DNA of 64,000 nucleotides from an uncultured Rickettsiales bacterium (GTDB lineage Bacteria; Pseudomonadota; Alphaproteobacteria; Rickettsiales; UBA8987): NCBI GenBank assembly GCA_964445765.1, contig CAYULD010000002.1, positions 139,505 to 203,504 of the forward strand, read 5' to 3'. Shown piece by piece: positions 29,866 to 42,144 of this stretch (position 1 is its first letter; each line of letters starts with the position of its first letter). The notes under the pieces were generated by a model. It saw only the letters and a program-made list of their open reading frames with translations, ran no database searches and was not told where the DNA came from. The position numbers and the translations under genes were made by a program.

Positions 29866-32800
29866 TCAACTAACTTTATCATCTTTTTTATTAGTTTTTG
29901 GGCTTAAAGATATTTTTTCATTAGGTTTATTTTCTTTTTTACCGCTATTAATCACCGCAGACATTAAGCCACCTCCTTCATTAGCTTTTATTGGGTTTGG
30001 CTTATTATCTGTAACACCTAAAAATTCCATAGAGTTAATTTCAGCCGCGAGTAAATCTGCGATTTTTTCTATTTCATGCTCTGGAATTTCAGCCCCATAA
30101 ACTGCAACTTTTTGTGCAACTGCCGCACTAATTTGAGAATTTGTAACACCTGCCTTAGCTTTCACCCTAGCCAAAGTTAAAGCAAATAATTCTTGATTGC
30201 TTGCGATTTTTTCATTTTTATTTTGATAAGATTGGTTTGGTTGCGGGATTTGGGTTTCAGCTGGTTTTGCAGAGGCTAAATTATTATTTAGGTTTTGTTC
30301 TGTTGGTAAACTACCCTCCGAAATTTGGTTAGTAGTTGCTTCTGAAGTTGGTGGAGACACCTCGCTATTATTGGTAAATTGATTAAAAATAGGTATGGAA
30401 GAAAAATCACCTCTAGTAACATCACCTAAATTTCCTGCAAAATCTTTAACTTTTTCACTAAAATCTTCTTTGGGCTTTTCTGAAGTGTTTTCTTCAGATT
30501 TTTTGCCAAATTGGGCTAAAATATTTATATTTTTATTATTAGCATTTACTTGGCTAACAACTGGCTGAGGAGTTACTGGAAGTGGAGTAATTGGCTGGTT
30601 TATCTCTGGTAAAACTTCTGTAAGCTCCTTATTTTCTAATGTCGCATCAAATGTTTCTGTTTGATTAGCTAAAGTTGGCTCAGAATTATCTAAAATCTTG
30701 GATTTAACAAGATTTTCTTGAGATACTAAAAGATTTTCAAGATTTATTCTTTCGCCTAATTCTTGTGTTAGAGTTGGCGTTTGAGCAATTTGAGGCTGAG
30801 GCTCATTAATTATCTCTTCCGTTTGAATTTCACTTGGTTTTCTGATATTGTAATCATTTGCTTGGATATCCATTCTTGAAACACCTTCAACATCAGTCAA
30901 TTTTTCATAGGCGGTTGAAAAATTATCACTGGAAGATTTAAGAGTGTTATCTTCTTTTTGCAGTGATTTAGCATTTTTTGCAAGATTTGCAGTTGCAAGT
31001 GCTGCTGATTTTACATCGCCTTTTGATATTGCTTTTTTAAGCTCTAGATAATTTTTATTTTGTGCTAATTTACTTGGATCTAACTTAGAAGCCATTTGTA
31101 AAAAGTTAGGATTTTTAGTAATATCTTCAATTTTTATTTTTTCACCTATTTGTCCTTCGCTGGTTTTTTGAGAAATTGCTTCCCTAAAGCCTTCACCTTG
31201 TTGATTATCTTTTTGATTAACCTCATTTTTTGAATCTTGCTTAGCCGATTCTGATTTACTTGGATCTAACTTAGAAGCCATTTGTAAAAAGTTAGGGTTA
31301 CTCCCTGTATTTTGCACTAAATTTTGTTGATTGGTTGCTGTTGCTTGCTGTTTTAATCTTTCTTGCAATGCATCATATTCCCTTTGAGAAATAGGCATAG
31401 TGTCATAAACTCCTAATTCGCTTTGATATTTACTGGGCTCTTCGGTTGTCATCGCAAGCCAATCATTATCTTTTTTGCTACTAACACTTGCTGTTAATGC
31501 TGGATCAATATCTTCCCAAGATACAAAATTAGGTTTACTATCCTCTGATGTTAATGAAGATATTGCAGTTCTTGTGCCACCTCTTTCAAGGTCTTTATCA
31601 AGTGCTGTGTAAGCATCTTGTTTTAGAGATTCTTCAGTAACAGATGGGGAATTATTATAAGCTGGTGATTGGATAATTCCGGAGCTTTTACCTTTTTGCT
31701 CTTTCTCTACTTGTTCTTTTTTCTTTTCTAGAAATTTAATATATTTTTCTTTTATTTCATCTTTTGTCCAAACTTTATTGGGTGATTCTTTGTCTAAAAT
31801 TTCTTTTTTAATCTCTTTTTCCATTTCAGCATAATTTATAACTTCACCATTACTTTGATTTGCCCCTTTAGCAAATTTTAGTAAGTTTTTATTAAATGCA
31901 TCTGCTTGAATAAGTTTTATGACATCATAGGCTTTAACCATATTATCTTCTTTCTTATTAAGCGTTGAAAGTGGGCTTTCTTCAAACCAAGAACGCCCCG
32001 GCTGTTCAACTGGAATGCCATCATTACCAATAACTCTGGTGCGGTTTGCCTTCATTTGCAATGTATCACCTAACCTTGCAAGTGCACCCGGTGTACCTGA
32101 GAATATACCCATATCAAATATTCCGCCTAAATTGGTAACTTCTGATCTACCACCACCTGCCCAGCCTGTTTGTTTATTATTTAATGAACTTCCATAAATT
32201 TTAGGGGATTCCGCACCATAAATTCTAGATAATTTTTCAGCAATAGCTGGCACTTGCGACATAAACGCCCCAACCATTGCATTAAGTAATAGCCAAATAA
32301 TTATTGCACCTGAGATATAGCTAAACATTTCTTCCTTATCAGCATAGCTATATAGGCAAAAACCAACACATTGTGCAGAAGTTGGGTTAGTGGTATCCGC
32401 AACAGCTGGGTTATAAGGTGGGTGAAATTCAGGGCAGTATTTAACACAATTTGGATATTCCCCTAGCAGATTTGGATCAGTATTTGGTGGGTTTCTTGGC
32501 TCACCGATATAAGCATCCCTATCTTCAATGCCAAGTGGGGTATCAAGCACTATATCATCAATGCCAGAATCTACACCTTCACGATAAATTCTAATAAATT
32601 CTTCTAATTCTGCTTTAGTAACTAAAAATCCAGCCGGTAATTGGGTTGCTGGTAAGCTATAATATAATATTGCATCAATACCCTGTATATCTCTAGATTT
32701 AATATTAGGTGCTGTGCCTTCTGAAATTGTAGTTTTATTATAATAAATATTTGCAAAATCTTTTGCACTTTGAGAGTTATTTAATTCAGCCACTCTTCCC

Positions 32801-34854
32801 TTATCATTTGCTGCCCTTCTAGCTTCTTCATCATTAAGCCCCGCTAGGCGAAATTGATAGTAAGTTGCAAAATATTCTGATTTTAACTTGCGATATAATT
32901 TTCTTTGTGCTAGGGAAATAAAATTGCCTTCAACATTGGTTAGCCCTGATGCTTCTTGCCCAGATAAATTTTTTATTTCGTCATAATCTGTTGGTAATTC
33001 ATATAATGGCTCAAGAAAACCGGGGGCGGAATAATTTATTGTAGGAGAATTTTTTGCACCACTAGTTTTGGTATATTGTTTTGTTCCAAGCTCATTTCTA
33101 GCAAGGCCTGTTAACCTATCAAGTGAGGTTGCACTTGAAAGAACATAAACAACGCCCAGCACAATAATTGGTTGCCACATAAATGAAACCAACATTGAAA
33201 GCCAAGCATTAAACATTTGCGAGGTTATTCTGAATAACTTTAAAGAAATAAATATTGGCGCAAGCATCATTAAAAATGTTAGCCCCATTAATGAGGTTAC
33301 ATAAACCCATAAAATCTGCACAAAGGCAACAAACATTGCCAATATTCCGGTAAGTAAGAATAATGATAAGAAAGTGCCACCGCCACCTGCCCATAGAGAT
33401 AATGCAATAACCATTGAAGTTAAGCCTTTTGCCCTATCATCACCAACAACTGAATCAAAAAGAGCATCAATTTTACCTATTATACCTTGAAATGGTTTTC
33501 TACATCTTTTTGGGTCTGTGCATTCTGTATCAACATTATTTGGCATATCTTCTAATTTTGGGGGGGTTAGAACATTGCTGTTATATTGACCAATACTCTC
33601 AAAAATACCCTCTTCACCAACTGGTGAAATATTTTTATTAACTATGAAGCCATATGGTGCAAATTCGGGAACGACAGGCCAGTTTTTTTCGCTACATCTA
33701 GGGAATAATTCAACTCTTCTTAACTGATAATTATACTTAAAATCGCCTACACAAGTTGAAAACCCTAAATCTCTCTGAGTAACTGGATCACTAATTTGCT
33801 TGAATACTGGATAAACTTTATATTCTCTATTATTACTTCCATTTACCTGCTCTAGCTTGCCTTGCCATTGTTGTGCTGGAACTCTAAATGGAACATATTT
33901 ATAGGCTTCATTTGTAGGTATTACCTCAAAATTATGGGTGCCGTTTTTTATAGGCATTGATGTTGGCGGGCTTGTAATTGTTTCATTAAAAACCGATTGA
34001 TCTGGTTGCCCCGAAGAATTAGTGAATGGGTTTACAAAAACATAAGGTGTTCCATTAGCTAGGGGTTTCCAAATATTGCCATTAATATCAAGAAGTCTGC
34101 CCTCATTATCATAAACCCTTTCACCGCCTTCTGTATAAAGCGGTTGAAGCCTTGTTAAAATATCGCTGAAAGTTGTTAAAACACTATTAAATGTTCCGTA
34201 AATCCACTTAAAGCCAAGCTCCGCATTTGAGCTCAACAATAATATGAAGGTGATTAAAATTATTTTGGAGGGGGCTTGTTTTAGAGGCTCTTCAGTTAAA
34301 TCAAATATTATCGCAAGACCATAAAACATTATATAAACAACAATCATTGCAAATAATATCTGATAAAACCATAATAATATTGTGCAATAGACCCTAAACA
34401 TTGAATCAAGAATTATGGATTGCACTACACAAACCACACCACTTAATAAAAACTCACCAGCGATTGCATCAGGGTAACCATCTGGCAGGAAATCTCGCCC
34501 CGGAAGTGGGCAATATTTTGGGTGAGATATCCCCATTAAAATATTATCGCTGTTGTAAATATTGCTGTTTATATCAAGGGCTTTGTAATTCGTGCCGTTT
34601 TGTGTAACGGTAGTATATTGACAAAAACCGCTTAAATCTTGCTGAATGCTGTATCTTTGAGAAGTTACATCTGCAAGGCCAGTTTGCCTAATTTCTACCC
34701 CTCTATTCGTGCCATCTGAAACGGTTGCAGGAGGTGGTGGATTTGCAGGGGGGGTTGGATTTGGATTAGCAAAACTATAATTACTATGTAAAATACAAAG
34801 AAAATAAGAAAATATAAAAATTATTTTAATTATTTTTTTCACAAAGCTAGGCAC
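29866..34854 (-). CDS. virB6: giant VirB6/TrbL-family type IV secretion inner-membrane protein with a ~800-aa hydrophilic C-terminal extension
   Basis: 1662-aa ORF with a GTG start overlapping the virB4 stop by 8 nt. It has a signal-like N-terminus, multi-TM blocks (residues about 140-215 and 480-580, with SLWAGGGGTFLSLFLLTG...LMMLAPIFISLKLF reminiscent of TrbL/VirB6) and a low-complexity tail. Confidence 0.75.
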   Translation of the reverse strand: MPSFVKKIIKIIFIFSYFLCILHSNYSFANPNPTPPANPPPPATVSDGTNRGVEIRQTGLADVTSQRYSIQQDLSGFCQYTTVTQNGTNYKALDINSNIYNSDNILMGISHPKYCPLPGRDFLPDGYPDAIAGEFLLSGVVCVVQSIILDSMFRVYCTILLWFYQILFAMIVVYIMFYGLAIIFDLTEEPLKQAPSKIILITFILLLSSNAELGFKWIYGTFNSVLTTFSDILTRLQPLYTEGGERVYDNEGRLLDINGNIWKPLANGTPYVFVNPFTNSSGQPDQSVFNETITSPPTSMPIKNGTHNFEVIPTNEAYKYVPFRVPAQQWQGKLEQVNGSNNREYKVYPVFKQISDPVTQRDLGFSTCVGDFKYNYQLRRVELFPRCSEKNWPVVPEFAPYGFIVNKNISPVGEEGIFESIGQYNSNVLTPPKLEDMPNNVDTECTDPKRCRKPFQGIIGKIDALFDSVVGDDRAKGLTSMVIALSLWAGGGGTFLSLFLLTGILAMFVAFVQILWVYVTSLMGLTFLMMLAPIFISLKLFRITSQMFNAWLSMLVSFMWQPIIVLGVVYVLSSATSLDRLTGLARNELGTKQYTKTSGAKNSPTINYSAPGFLEPLYELPTDYDEIKNLSGQEASGLTNVEGNFISLAQRKLYRKLKSEYFATYYQFRLAGLNDEEARRAANDKGRVAELNNSQSAKDFANIYYNKTTISEGTAPNIKSRDIQGIDAILYYSLPATQLPAGFLVTKAELEEFIRIYREGVDSGIDDIVLDTPLGIEDRDAYIGEPRNPPNTDPNLLGEYPNCVKYCPEFHPPYNPAVADTTNPTSAQCVGFCLYSYADKEEMFSYISGAIIIWLLLNAMVGAFMSQVPAIAEKLSRIYGAESPKIYGSSLNNKQTGWAGGGRSEVTNLGGIFDMGIFSGTPGALARLGDTLQMKANRTRVIGNDGIPVEQPGRSWFEESPLSTLNKKEDNMVKAYDVIKLIQADAFNKNLLKFAKGANQSNGEVINYAEMEKEIKKEILDKESPNKVWTKDEIKEKYIKFLEKKKEQVEKEQKGKSSGIIQSPAYNNSPSVTEESLKQDAYTALDKDLERGGTRTAISSLTSEDSKPNFVSWEDIDPALTASVSSKKDNDWLAMTTEEPSKYQSELGVYDTMPISQREYDALQERLKQQATATNQQNLVQNTGSNPNFLQMASKLDPSKSESAKQDSKNEVNQKDNQQGEGFREAISQKTSEGQIGEKIKIEDITKNPNFLQMASKLDPSKLAQNKNYLELKKAISKGDVKSAALATANLAKNAKSLQKEDNTLKSSSDNFSTAYEKLTDVEGVSRMDIQANDYNIRKPSEIQTEEIINEPQPQIAQTPTLTQELGERINLENLLVSQENLVKSKILDNSEPTLANQTETFDATLENKELTEVLPEINQPITPLPVTPQPVVSQVNANNKNINILAQFGKKSEENTSEKPKEDFSEKVKDFAGNLGDVTRGDFSSIPIFNQFTNNSEVSPPTSEATTNQISEGSLPTEQNLNNNLASAKPAETQIPQPNQSYQNKNEKIASNQELFALTLARVKAKAGVTNSQISAAVAQKVAVYGAEIPEHEIEKIADLLAAEINSMEFLGVTDNKPNPIKANEGGGLMSAVINSGKKENKPNEKISLSPKTNKKDDKVS
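31069..31296. repeat. 42-bp perfect direct repeat (two copies, 186 bp apart) inside the virB6-like tail
   Basis: tttacttggatctaacttagaagccatttgtaaaaagttagg occurs at 31069-31110 and 31255-31296. Both copies encode NPNFLQMASKLDPSK. Confidence 0.85.
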
Positions 34855-37264
34855 TTTTAGCTAAATTTCTAAAATATTCTGGAAGCCAATTTTCAGGGTT
34901 CTCTCCAAACTGAGCAATCAGGCTTTTTGCAAGCAATAAATTTTCTTGAGTTGCAGATAACACCGCAAGTAAGTTATCCATACCTTGCAGGCTTAGTTTA
35001 CAGATTACAGAATCTTCACCCCTTTTAAGCACAAATTGGTGAGATTTTTTATCAAGTTTAATAGTGGCATTAAACTCATTTTCATTTAAGCCAAAAATAG
35101 TTTTATAATTTTGTGAAGCATTTGCATTTGGTAAAATTATTTTAGTGGCAATTAAAGGCATTATTCTTCTTGTAACATAGCTTTTTTCAGCTTTTTCTGG
35201 TGCTTCGGTTGCAAAAATAATTATACCATTTTTTGCAGTGATTCTTTCAAGCCAACTTTCAATTCTTGGTGCAAAGGCTGGGTTATCTATAATATCCCAA
35301 GCCTCATCTAAAACTATAATGCTTGGTTTATTTACATCCATTAATTCTTCTACTTTTCGCAGAAGATAAAAACACATTGGAACAGCAATAGATTTATTAT
35401 TTATGATATGTGAAATATCAAAACCAACAATTTTTGCTTTAGTATCTAAATTATCTATGCCACTATCAAAATATTTTGCATATTTGCCAGACATATACCA
35501 ATGAGAAAGCCGTTTGAAAGTAGCAGAATTTGGGTTATCACCCCATATTTTAGGAATAAGAAAAGAAAGCATTCTCTCTTCTTTAGGTGAGTTATAATTA
35601 ACCTCAACGGCCTTTTCTATGAGATCTAAATCTTCCTTAGAAATTGGAATATAATTAGTTATTTGGTTGCCGTTTTCATCAATAAACTCAATTAAATATT
35701 CTAGCCATTCAACCAAAAACATTCTATTTTCAATGGTATCAGGCAATAATAAAGGGTTTAGATATAACCTGCCTTGGCTAATTAGTTTTTCAATATTGTT
35801 ATATTTACCAGCACTTGCTTTTATAAAAATTTCACTGGCTCTATCTTTTTCAAAATAAAAGCTATTGCCATCATATTTTTGAGCTTCAGAAACAAGAAAA
35901 TTAAGTAAAACCGTTTTACCAGCACCTTTAGGGCCAATTAAGCAAGTATGACCATTTTCACCATCGTGAAAATTAAAAAAGTATGGTGTGTTATTTGCCG
36001 TTCTAAAAACTGTTACGGCATCACCCCATAAATTATTAATTTTCTTACCCGCAGGAAAATTGTATAAAGAGGCATATCCGCCGATTTTATTAGTAGAAAT
36101 ATAGCTCTGCCTTTTTAAGAAATCAAAATTTCCGGGCATTTGAGACCAATAGCAATATTCAAGAAATAAATCTTCCCTGATGAACATAACGCCAAGCTCT
36201 CTCAAGGCATCAACCACTATTGAAAGGGCTTTTTGCATTTCCTTAACGCTATCTTCTAAAACTGTTATGGTTATTTGATGTTCCCCATATAAATTTGGGG
36301 CTTCGCCACCTTTTAGAATATCTGAAACCCCTGAAATATCAGACATAAATTTACTGCCAGATAATTCATAGATTTTCATTTGCTCTTTATAGGCTTCCAC
36401 CGCTTCATCTTTTGAAACAAAATTATAACTCTCTGAAACCATAAATTGCACAGGCAATTGTAGAAATTTATCAATTTCTTCAGCTGAAACTTCTTGATAT
36501 TCCTTAATACTTAAAATTGCCCCAAAATGCTTAACATCTTGCTCTTCAACCTGCACAACATTATATTGAAACACCACCCTATTAGTTGGCAATAATTGCG
36601 ATAAATCAACGGGTTCTAGTGGCAGTTTAAGCTCTTTTAGGTTCATTAATTTACTGATAAAACCTAAAATTTCTGAATAATAAATACCATCTTCTTTATA
36701 AACAGTTAACTTTCTAGCACCGAATTGAGATAAATCTTGCATTATAGCTCTGGTAATTTTATCCAGCTTTTCTGCACTTCTAGTTAGGGCTTCTTTGCGT
36801 TTCTTCATTTGAATATTTGGGTGCAGATTTTCCCAAATAACTTTTGGATCAATAATATCAAGTTTTTCACCTTCACCAAGAAATGTAATATATAACTCAT
36901 TTACAAATTGGTTATTCCAGCCATTTTTTTCAACCCATTTTTCGTGCAAGGCTTTGTTAAAGCCTTTTAGGCTTCCCTCACCTGTATCAATATTAACTTT
37001 TCTGCGAATAGTATGAAGCCAAATTGCAACCTCATCAGTATTGACATGCTTTAGAATTGTGTTTCTAATTACGCTTCGTAAATCTTCTTTATTTCCAGAT
37101 GATGAGATATTTTCAAAGTTAAAACCGGTGATTTTTATCACCTCCATAAGCTCACCATTTTTGGTGATTATAGTATCTTCATCATAATGGGCTGCGTATG
37201 GAATAAAATCTTCAACGCTAACATGATATTTTAATTCACTTTTTTTTGCTTTGCCTACTGCCAT
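34847..37264 (-). CDS. virB4: type IV secretion system ATPase VirB4
   Basis: 805-aa ORF with Walker A (LIGPKGAGKTVLLNFL), Walker B (IIVLDEAWDI) and a VirB4-type N-terminus (FIPYAAHYDEDTIITKNGELMEVIKITG). Confidence 0.9.
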   Translation of the reverse strand: MAVGKAKKSELKYHVSVEDFIPYAAHYDEDTIITKNGELMEVIKITGFNFENISSSGNKEDLRSVIRNTILKHVNTDEVAIWLHTIRRKVNIDTGEGSLKGFNKALHEKWVEKNGWNNQFVNELYITFLGEGEKLDIIDPKVIWENLHPNIQMKKRKEALTRSAEKLDKITRAIMQDLSQFGARKLTVYKEDGIYYSEILGFISKLMNLKELKLPLEPVDLSQLLPTNRVVFQYNVVQVEEQDVKHFGAILSIKEYQEVSAEEIDKFLQLPVQFMVSESYNFVSKDEAVEAYKEQMKIYELSGSKFMSDISGVSDILKGGEAPNLYGEHQITITVLEDSVKEMQKALSIVVDALRELGVMFIREDLFLEYCYWSQMPGNFDFLKRQSYISTNKIGGYASLYNFPAGKKINNLWGDAVTVFRTANNTPYFFNFHDGENGHTCLIGPKGAGKTVLLNFLVSEAQKYDGNSFYFEKDRASEIFIKASAGKYNNIEKLISQGRLYLNPLLLPDTIENRMFLVEWLEYLIEFIDENGNQITNYIPISKEDLDLIEKAVEVNYNSPKEERMLSFLIPKIWGDNPNSATFKRLSHWYMSGKYAKYFDSGIDNLDTKAKIVGFDISHIINNKSIAVPMCFYLLRKVEELMDVNKPSIIVLDEAWDIIDNPAFAPRIESWLERITAKNGIIIFATEAPEKAEKSYVTRRIMPLIATKIILPNANASQNYKTIFGLNENEFNATIKLDKKSHQFVLKRGEDSVICKLSLQGMDNLLAVLSATQENLLLAKSLIAQFGENPENWLPEYFRNLAKSA

Positions 37265-37441
37265 CTAAAAATTAATTATGCTATAGTTAAATGATTATAA
37301 GAGTTTAGGAAATCTTGTAAGTAAACTAAACTTTCTACTGCAATTTTAACATAATTTTAATAAAAATACTACTAAGCTGTGATTTTTTAATGTATATGCT
37401 TATATATGGCTAGAAAATGCCGTTTATCAAAAACTTAAATT

Positions 37442-38128
37442 ATGAGCCAAGAACCACAAAATAATGACAATAATAATTGTAGCAAAATGAAGCATTGCCC
37501 CTTTGCTATGGCAGGTAAATTTATATTTTTAATTCTTATTATTTATATAATTTACCAACAAAATGCCCTGCAAAATAGCTTAGTTACTGAGGAAAAACTT
37601 GCAAATCAGCTTGCAATTCAAAGTGAAAATTTGCAGAAAACTATAAATATTAGCCTTGAAAAATCTCAGCCAGAAAAAACTGTTTTAGATGTTTATCAAG
37701 AAAATTATCGTGTTTTAGAAAGTCAGAATAATCAGCTAGAAGAAGATTATAAAAAGAAAGTAAATTTATTAAAATCTAAGCAGGCTAAAAAGAAAGAATT
37801 TGCAATAAAAATTCTTAAAACGCATAGAGAAATTTTAGCAAGGTTAAAACTAAAAATGCTTGAATTTTCTAATGCTAAAGCCCCAGAAAACCCTGAAAAT
37901 TCTATTGAAAATAAGGGTAAAGAAGTTTTAGCAAAATTCGTTAAAATAACTAAAATTTCTGATGTTAAAACCAGTAAAGAATTTTTACTTAAGAAAGAAG
38001 TTCAAAAAATTCCAAATTATTTAATTTATGAAAATTATCAAAAAATTGCTGAAATTTTAAGCAAATCTGCGGAAATTTTATCTGATGAAAAATATAAAAA
38101 ACTCGCAACCCAAGCCTTGAATTTTTGA
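37442..38128 (+). CDS. hypothetical bitopic membrane protein with a coiled-coil ectodomain, divergent from virB4
   Basis: 228-aa ORF with a single TM (FIFLILIIYIIY) followed by heptad-rich K/E/Q sequence. No family recognised. Confidence 0.45.
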   Translation: MSQEPQNNDNNNCSKMKHCPFAMAGKFIFLILIIYIIYQQNALQNSLVTEEKLANQLAIQSENLQKTINISLEKSQPEKTVLDVYQENYRVLESQNNQLEEDYKKKVNLLKSKQAKKKEFAIKILKTHREILARLKLKMLEFSNAKAPENPENSIENKGKEVLAKFVKITKISDVKTSKEFLLKKEVQKIPNYLIYENYQKIAEILSKSAEILSDEKYKKLATQALNF

Positions 38129-38208
38129 ATTACTATAGAATATCTTTTTTCGTTCAGTGTAAAAATAAATTCTGAATGAAGTTAAGAAATATCTTTGCAA
38201 GGCTTCAA

Positions 38209-40719
<2,511 letters not shown>

Positions 40720-40826
40720 TTAACAACCTAGTAACTATAATCATTCTGTTGTTGCTGTCATCAATTTTATTAATTTTTAGTAAGATTTTTAACCCCTTAA
40801 TTACATTTATATTTATTACCTAAAAT

Positions 40827-40965
40827 CCCCTCTCCCCTTTTATAAGAGGAGAGGGTTAGGGTGAGGGGATGGGATAAGTAACATTAAAAACCCTCACCCA
40901 GCTTAATCTAACTTTCTTTGAAAGTAAGATTAAGCAACCCTCTCCCTTTAAGAAAGAGCGAGGGG
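40827..40965. repeat. cluster of family-B GC-rich hairpins, one of them split by a nested AT-rich palindrome
   Basis: cccctctcccc-ttttataa-gaggagaggg plus ttagggtgagggg is an inverted B copy. It is followed by ccctcaccc + [agcttaatctaactttc-tt-tgaaagtaagattaagc] + ccctctccctttaagaaagagcgagggg. Confidence 0.7.
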
Positions 40966-41007
40966 AAATATTCGTAAATTAATTTTGAAATACTACAATA
41001 ATGAAAA

Positions 41008-42072
41008 TTAAGCGTCCAAAAATTCCTCTTCAGATTCTAAATTATCGCTAGTTTGAATTTTTTGTAAATCTGGGTTTTCTATTAATTTTGAATAGAAATC
41101 ATTAACTGCTTGAATAACTTCATCTGCCTCCGCTTGTTGCATTACAAATTTACGAAACTCAGCTGAGCCGTATTTTCCAGCGGAATACCAGCCCAAATGC
41201 TTTTTCGCCATTCTATGACCAACCACTTTGCCATAATGTTCAAGCATTGAAATATAATGTTCAATAACTACATTTTTCTGCTCTTCTAAAGTGGGATCAG
41301 GCGTTATTTCTTCCCCATTCAGATATTCCGCAATTTGAGAGATTATCCAAGGCTTACCATAGCTACCCCTGCCAATCATTACACCATCTGCACCTGATTG
41401 CTCAAGTGCGATTTCCGCATCAGAAAAGCTTTTTATATCACCATTTACAATTACCGGAATTTTAACCGCATCTTTAACATTTCTAACAAATTGCCAATCA
41501 GCTTTGCCATTATAAAATTGGCATCTTGTTCTGCCGTGAACGGTAAGCATTTGAATGCCAACATCTTCAGCAATTTTAGCTAGTTTTGGTGCATTTAGAT
41601 TATTATGATCCCAACCCATTCGCATTTTCATAGTAACTGGAATTTTAACCGCTTTAACAGTGGCTTCCATCACTTGCATTGCAAGTTTCTCATCTCTCAT
41701 CATTGAGCTTCCAGCGTGTTGACCATTTGTAACTTTTTTAACAGGGCAGCCGAAATTTATATCTATGATATTTGCACCTTTTGCCTCATTAATGCGAGCA
41801 GCTTCTGCCATAATTTCAGGCTCACAACCAGCTAACTGCACAGACATTGGATAAGTTTCAGGCGCATCATAACAACCGGCTTTCTTGTGGTTTTCTTGCT
41901 CTTTAAGAACCATAGCTTTGCTGGCAATCATCTCAGAAACAACAAGTGCTGCCCCAAATTTCTTTTTAACTAGCCTACGAAAAGGGGGGTCTGTAATACC
42001 GCTTAAAGGGGCAAGAATTACATTATTTGCAAGCTCAACATTGCCAATTTTTATTTTTTTTCCTAATTTCAT
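41008..42072 (-). CDS. dusB: tRNA-dihydrouridine synthase (DusB/NifR3 family)
   Basis: 354-aa ORF with [26 protein letters not shown] and LTVHGRTR, the Dus motifs. Confidence 0.88.
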   Translation of the reverse strand: MKLGKKIKIGNVELANNVILAPLSGITDPPFRRLVKKKFGAALVVSEMIASKAMVLKEQENHKKAGCYDAPETYPMSVQLAGCEPEIMAEAARINEAKGANIIDINFGCPVKKVTNGQHAGSSMMRDEKLAMQVMEATVKAVKIPVTMKMRMGWDHNNLNAPKLAKIAEDVGIQMLTVHGRTRCQFYNGKADWQFVRNVKDAVKIPVIVNGDIKSFSDAEIALEQSGADGVMIGRGSYGKPWIISQIAEYLNGEEITPDPTLEEQKNVVIEHYISMLEHYGKVVGHRMAKKHLGWYSAGKYGSAEFRKFVMQQAEADEVIQAVNDFYSKLIENPDLQKIQTSDNLESEEEFLDA

Positions 42073-42120
42073 AAGGGGCTTATAGCTTAAACTCCCTTGA
42101 ATTTCAAGGCTTAGTTACTG

Positions 42121-42144
42121 TATAGTAAAATGCATTTTACTATA
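42121..42144. repeat. 24-bp perfect palindrome tatagtaaaatgcattttactata (second copy), overlapping the clpB stop codon
   Basis: Identical to 29756-29779. It begins 19 nt downstream (3') of the clpB stop and includes the stop codon (42140-42142) itself, so it is a possible terminator hairpin. Confidence 0.8.

Noticed and set aside
29765-30100. 111-aa plus-strand ORF starting inside the family-A repeat
   Set aside because: It starts within the palindromic repeat (MHFTIRCFASLNMTE is simply the repeat translated). It then runs antisense to the 3' end of the virB6-like gene. It is a shadow ORF.
37442-38128. Possibility that the 228-aa bitopic protein divergent from virB4 is VirB8
   Set aside because: Its size and single N-proximal TM resemble VirB8. 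However, the ectodomain looks like continuous coiled coil and I could not find the NPxG-type VirB8 motif. It is left as hypothetical.
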